In this document: positions 16,727-20,000 of the stretch, piece after piece
How the letters are laid out: every line of letters starts with the position of its first letter
Numbering within the stretch: position 1 is the first letter of the stretch
IMG/VR virus record: IMGVR_UViG_3300027833_000038
DNA length: 20,000 nucleotides
Strand: one strand, 5' to 3'
From: an uncultured virus (IMG/VR IMGVR_UViG_3300027833_000038)
Taxonomy: Duplodnaviria > Heunggongvirae > Uroviricota > Caudoviricetes > Crassvirales
The notes under the pieces: model-generated
What the model saw: only the letters and a program-made list of their open reading frames with translations
Told to the model about the DNA's origin: nothing
The model's database searches: none
Program-made: the position numbers and the translations under genes

Positions 16727-17216
16727 TTGATTCTCTTTTTCTAAATTTTTCTACTTCACGTATTTTTTTTAATTTCTCTTCAAGTTTAATACTATATTTT
16801 CTGAAAAAATTAAGCTTAGTTTTTGTAGCGTGATATCTTCTGATATATTTCCTAGATAAATCTAAAGGGTCTGCTTCTATTTTTGGGATTGAATCAAGAC
16901 TAGCTGAGGGAAATATTGCAATAATTTTTTGCTCTGCTATTCTATAATCTCTGTAGGCTTTTTTATTATTTATACAAAAGACTTCAAAGTTATTTCTGTA
17001 ATGTAGTACGCTTGCGTGATGTCTGTTTATAAATTTAGCAATCGTTGTGGTAGTTGCATTCGTGTAATCAAGACACAGTTTTACAAAGAAAACTCTGTAA
17101 TCAACAATGTCTCTAGTTCTTCTGTTAATCATTATGTCAACAGGAGAAATGTTTTTGTAAATTTTATAAATGTCTTCGCAGTCAGGAATGGTTCCTTCTA
17201 TTCTTTTTGTTTTCAT
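16716..17216 (-). CDS. DnaA C-terminal (domain IV)-like HTH protein
   Basis: RRTRDIVDYR..TTTTIAKFINRHHASVLHY matches the DnaA-C signature (R.R.iv.aR..sl..IG..f.RdHtTVlh). No AAA+ domain. Confidence 0.75.
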   Translation of the reverse strand: MKTKRIEGTIPDCEDIYKIYKNISPVDIMINRRTRDIVDYRVFFVKLCLDYTNATTTTIAKFINRHHASVLHYRNNFEVFCINNKKAYRDYRIAEQKIIAIFPSASLDSIPKIEADPLDLSRKYIRRYHATKTKLNFFRKYSIKLEEKLKKIREVEKFRKRESNEI

Positions 17217-17236
17217 TAAATTAAATTAGATTAGAT

Positions 17237-17261
17237 AAAAAGGGGTAGAATTAACTACCCC
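17237..17261 (-). terminator. Intrinsic terminator downstream of the SSB-like gene
   Basis: Minus strand reads GGGGTAG-ttaatt-CTACCCC-TTTTT. Confidence 0.75.
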
Positions 17262-17285
17262 CATATTTATGATAGTGAATAAATA

Positions 17286-17588
17286 TTACCCGAATAAATC
17301 GTCATCATCTTCAGCAGGCTTAGTTTGTTGTGCCTCTGGTTTATAATCGTTTATTCTTGCATAACCTTTTGGAACTTCAGGGGTGCTTGCTTTAGCTTTG
17401 TTGATGTCTAAAACCACTTGGTCTTCTCCGTTATACTTTTGTAAAAAATTAGGGTTAGCTTTTAGCCATGCTCCAAACTTTTTAGGATAGATGATAATTT
17501 TACCATCCGCCCACTCAGGGGCTGTTGCTCTTGACGGCATGTAAAGAAGTCCGTCAGGATACTCTGGGTTGTCTTGTTGTTGTTGCAT
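17286..17588 (-). CDS. Putative single-stranded DNA-binding protein
   Basis: Small beta-rich protein with an acidic tail (EDDDDLFG), directly after the annealing protein and exonuclease genes. Confidence 0.55.
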   Translation of the reverse strand: MQQQQDNPEYPDGLLYMPSRATAPEWADGKIIIYPKKFGAWLKANPNFLQKYNGEDQVVLDINKAKASTPEVPKGYARINDYKPEAQQTKPAEDDDDLFG

Positions 17589-18358
17589 TATATTTCAAGT
17601 TTAATTAAGTGTTGCGCAGCGTCTTCCCTCGCTCCATTAGGGTCTATATACTTATAGAAAAGTTCTTCTGCTTTTACTACTTTTTCCTCGCCTTTTTCCA
17701 AAGCATATTCTGAAAAATGTGAAATAGCAATTTGCATTGTATTTTTATCAATAATAACCAGTATCATATCAAAACCAAAAAGCTGTTTATATATATATGA
17801 TTGACTGTGATAGTTATATTTATAGGCACTACTCTTAAATCTTTCAAGAGAACTTGTAGTCTTTAAATCTACTATCAATTTTCTCTCTTTATTTATTATA
17901 TCTGCTTTGCCTTTCCAAAGGTATTGACCTCCATCTAAAGCCATTCCTATTGCTGGAACCTCAACCTCTATTTTGGTGGGGTCTATAAGCTCAAAAACCT
18001 CTTCATTTGATGTCAATTTGTGAGCTAATAACTCACACTTTTCAATCTCATCCTGAAGCATTAACTCTTCGCCTCCGTTTTCCTCCCTAGCGTCCCTGTA
18101 TTTATTAGTGTTTCTGCCTTTAACATCTACAGATGCATAATCCGAACATTTTTCAGGCTCCAACATTACATTATGAAAATATCTGCCCATAATCATTTCG
18201 GGGGTAGACTTGCCTTTGATTCCTTTGTCTTTTTGATATTTAAATAAGTAAGGGTTTTCTAAAATTCCTTTTATATCTGAGTTGCTCATGTAACTACTTC
18301 CTAGGTCTCCATAATAGTTCTCGTCAATTCTAAGTTTTTCTATTATATCTTTACTCAT
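17588..18358 (-). CDS. RecE/exonuclease VIII-like PD-(D/E)XK exonuclease (DUF3799 type)
   Basis: Motifs YY..MSNSDI, MGRYFH..LEPEK, EVP, WKGKADI, VDLKTT and YNYHSQSYIY. Confidence 0.85.
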   Translation of the reverse strand: MSKDIIEKLRIDENYYGDLGSSYMSNSDIKGILENPYLFKYQKDKGIKGKSTPEMIMGRYFHNVMLEPEKCSDYASVDVKGRNTNKYRDAREENGGEELMLQDEIEKCELLAHKLTSNEEVFELIDPTKIEVEVPAIGMALDGGQYLWKGKADIINKERKLIVDLKTTSSLERFKSSAYKYNYHSQSYIYKQLFGFDMILVIIDKNTMQIAISHFSEYALEKGEEKVVKAEELFYKYIDPNGAREDAAQHLIKLEI

Positions 18359-19008
18359 GATGTCGCTTTTATTAAGAGAGAGTAGTCTGCTTTAGATATT
18401 TCAAACTTTTCTATTAACTGCTCTACCGTGCCTTCTCCTTGCTTAATTTTATCTATTGCTGTATTGAATAGCTTTGAACCTGCCGTAAGTTGTTTTCTGT
18501 TTGGCTTAGGTTTAATTGTTGTTTTGGTTATTGGCTGTATTGATGATGGTGATTCTTCTCCTTCAGGCAAATCTTCTCCTGCATATATATATATACCTAG
18601 ACCAAACATTGCTAGGTTCTTAACTAAGCACCTCATGAGTGTTTTGTTTACATCAAACATTGTTGCTCCTGAAACTGCCTTGTCTCCCCATTTAGTTTTA
18701 TAACTGTAAGGCTCTTCCTTCATAGCTTTGTTTGCTCCATCCATTACAGGAAGCCACATGGATTTTGTCTGCCCATCAATTTGGACTATTGTTTCGCACA
18801 TTATTCCAAGAGAGGATGCTACGTAAGGATACGTCTGCCCATCTTTCCCCATTGTCTTTACGATACTGTAGGTTGCTTCAGGGTAATGCTTCTGTATTTC
18901 ACTCCAAGCCCATGCCCATGATAGGTATGTGAGCCCATTCTTTTTTTCTACCCTGTCATTCACGTTGATTTGCGACAAGGTTTCGAATACTGATTTTGTT
19001 TTGTTCAT
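18355..19008 (-). CDS. Sak3/DUF1071 single-strand annealing recombinase
   Basis: Motifs VEKKNGLTYLSWAWAW, MWLPVMDGANK and FDVNKTLMRCLVKNLAMFGLGIYIYAGEDLP. Confidence 0.9.
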   Translation of the reverse strand: MNKTKSVFETLSQINVNDRVEKKNGLTYLSWAWAWSEIQKHYPEATYSIVKTMGKDGQTYPYVASSLGIMCETIVQIDGQTKSMWLPVMDGANKAMKEEPYSYKTKWGDKAVSGATMFDVNKTLMRCLVKNLAMFGLGIYIYAGEDLPEGEESPSSIQPITKTTIKPKPNRKQLTAGSKLFNTAIDKIKQGEGTVEQLIEKFEISKADYSLLIKATS

Positions 19009-19451
19009 TTTATTAAATTTAAGTTAATTGTGTTTCCGCTTTTATATATATTACTTATCTCTGCGTTGAGGTTAGTTACTATTGCATCAAAATGTTCAGG
19101 TTTGTTTTTTGATTTCAAAAGCTTTTTCAATGCTTTCTTTTTAGTAAAGATTCTTAAGGTTCTGCTGTAAGTTGAAATTCCATACTTAATACATAAATCA
19201 ATATGACCCTCTTCTAATGGCATGTATAGTTCTGTATTCGTATTGAAAATGCCGTATTTCACAAACTTATTTGATTGAAACTTTTCGACTGCTACTCTTG
19301 GAAAGAAAAACTTTTCAGTAAAAATCTCATCTTTGCTATTTGACGATTGATTGAGGTGGTGCATTTTTTTTATGTTATGCTTCTTTTCTCTGTTAAAAAT
19401 ATATTGAATTTTTCTTTGCCTTCTAGCGTTGTTTTCCTTTTCCATTTCCAT
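19005..19451 (-). CDS. Hypothetical basic protein
   Basis: 148-aa ORF overlapping the Sak3 start by 4 nt. The exact start is uncertain. Confidence 0.55.
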   Translation of the reverse strand: MEMEKENNARRQRKIQYIFNREKKHNIKKMHHLNQSSNSKDEIFTEKFFFPRVAVEKFQSNKFVKYGIFNTNTELYMPLEEGHIDLCIKYGISTYSRTLRIFTKKKALKKLLKSKNKPEHFDAIVTNLNAEISNIYKSGNTINLNLIK

Positions 19452-19569
19452 TTATTTTATTCTCCACGATTGCTTTTAACAATGTGTTTTCTGTTTTAAG
19501 TCTAAAGTTTTCTTTTCGTAAAGCTTCTACGCTTGCCTGAAGAAAATCTGTGTTATGTTCGCTGACCAT
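19423..19569 (-). CDS. Small coiled-coil protein, 48 aa, not in the ORF track (MVSEHNTDFLQASVEALRKENFRLKTENTLLKAIVENKINGNGKGKQR)
   Basis: ATG lies 1 nt after the upstream stop. Shows a leucine heptad pattern and fills the intergenic gap. Confidence 0.6.
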   Translation of the reverse strand: MVSEHNTDFLQASVEALRKENFRLKTENTLLKAIVENKINGNGKGKQR

Positions 19570-19570
19570 G

Positions 19571-19921
19571 TTAAAATATATTGTAATTAAACACCTTTTG
19601 CAATTTACTAACTTTTTTTCTGTTGGTGTTAATAACGAGAGAAAAACCTTCCATCGTTGGCTGAATGTAGTGTACTCTGAAAGACCCTACTCTAACCATT
19701 CCGTCATTTGACTGTTCTTTTAAATCTTCAAAAAGCTTCTCAAGGTCTATGCTCGAGTAGTCATTTTTCATGGCATTGAAAACTAAGTTTCCATCCTCCA
19801 TTCCTGCCCCTCCCACATAATAATAATATGGCTGTCCGTCCCAAAACTTTTTAATCTTTATTTTGGTAGAGGATGTTAAGTCTAATTCATTTACTCTGGT
19901 AATAAAATTTTCTATTGTCAT
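19571..19921 (-). CDS. Hypothetical protein
   Basis: 116-aa ORF with an A-rich leader (ctaaaacaaaactATG) and an upstream promoter motif. Confidence 0.65.
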   Translation of the reverse strand: MTIENFITRVNELDLTSSTKIKIKKFWDGQPYYYYVGGAGMEDGNLVFNAMKNDYSSIDLEKLFEDLKEQSNDGMVRVGSFRVHYIQPTMEGFSLVINTNRKKVSKLQKVFNYNIF

Positions 19922-19938
19922 AGTTTTGTTTTAGAATT

Positions 19939-19946
19939 CAAAGGTA
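19939..19946 (-). promoter_or_regulatory. Bacteroidota -7 element (TAccTTTG)
   Basis: Minus strand reads gtaTACCTTTGaattctaaaacaaaactATG, 17 nt before ATG 19921. Confidence 0.55.
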
Positions 19947-20000
19947 TACATTTATGCTTATGCCTGCTGTAGGCGAAACATTGACCGTACAATCGAGTCT

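Noticed and set aside
16061..17286. DnaA boxes (TTATCCACA) near the origin
   Set aside because: No exact box was seen, only degenerate matches such as TTATCCATC at about 16194.
1..20000. Stop-codon reassignment as in some crAss-like phages
   Set aside because: Genes tile densely under the standard code, and both TAG and TGA act as stops at tight gene junctions.
19938..20000. Possible 3' end of an upstream minus-strand ORF (RLDCTVNVSPTAGISINVYL*)
   Set aside because: Only 20 codons are visible and they overlap a promoter motif, so the ORF cannot be supported.

Overview
AT-rich (roughly one-third GC by eye), densely coding fragment of a tailed dsDNA phage, most likely a podovirus-type phage of Bacteroidota/Flavobacteriia. 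The host inference rests on A-rich leaders without Shine-Dalgarno sites and TAnnTTTG promoter motifs. Two convergent arms meet at a bidirectional terminator near 10.95 kb. The + arm (1-10929) holds a glycan-modification cassette (carbamoyltransferase, GT60/Skp1-type GlcNAc transferase, GDP-mannose 3,5-epimerase), then a tail stabilisation-type gene, a GNAT gene and three probable ejection proteins, the last 1824 aa. The - arm (11024-20000) is a replication/recombination module: Sak3-type annealing protein, RecE-like exonuclease, SSB-like protein, DnaA-C HTH protein, an initiator containing 11-bp iterons, T7-like primase-helicase, metallophosphoesterase and endonuclease I-like resolvase. The most notable signal is inside the giant ejection protein: a segment resembling phage SAM lyase (T3 SAMase), followed by a Bacteroidota-type promoter and a nested +1-frame 53-aa ORF. 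This could be a virion-delivered anti-restriction effector with an overprinted partner peptide. All family calls come from motif recognition, not database searches.
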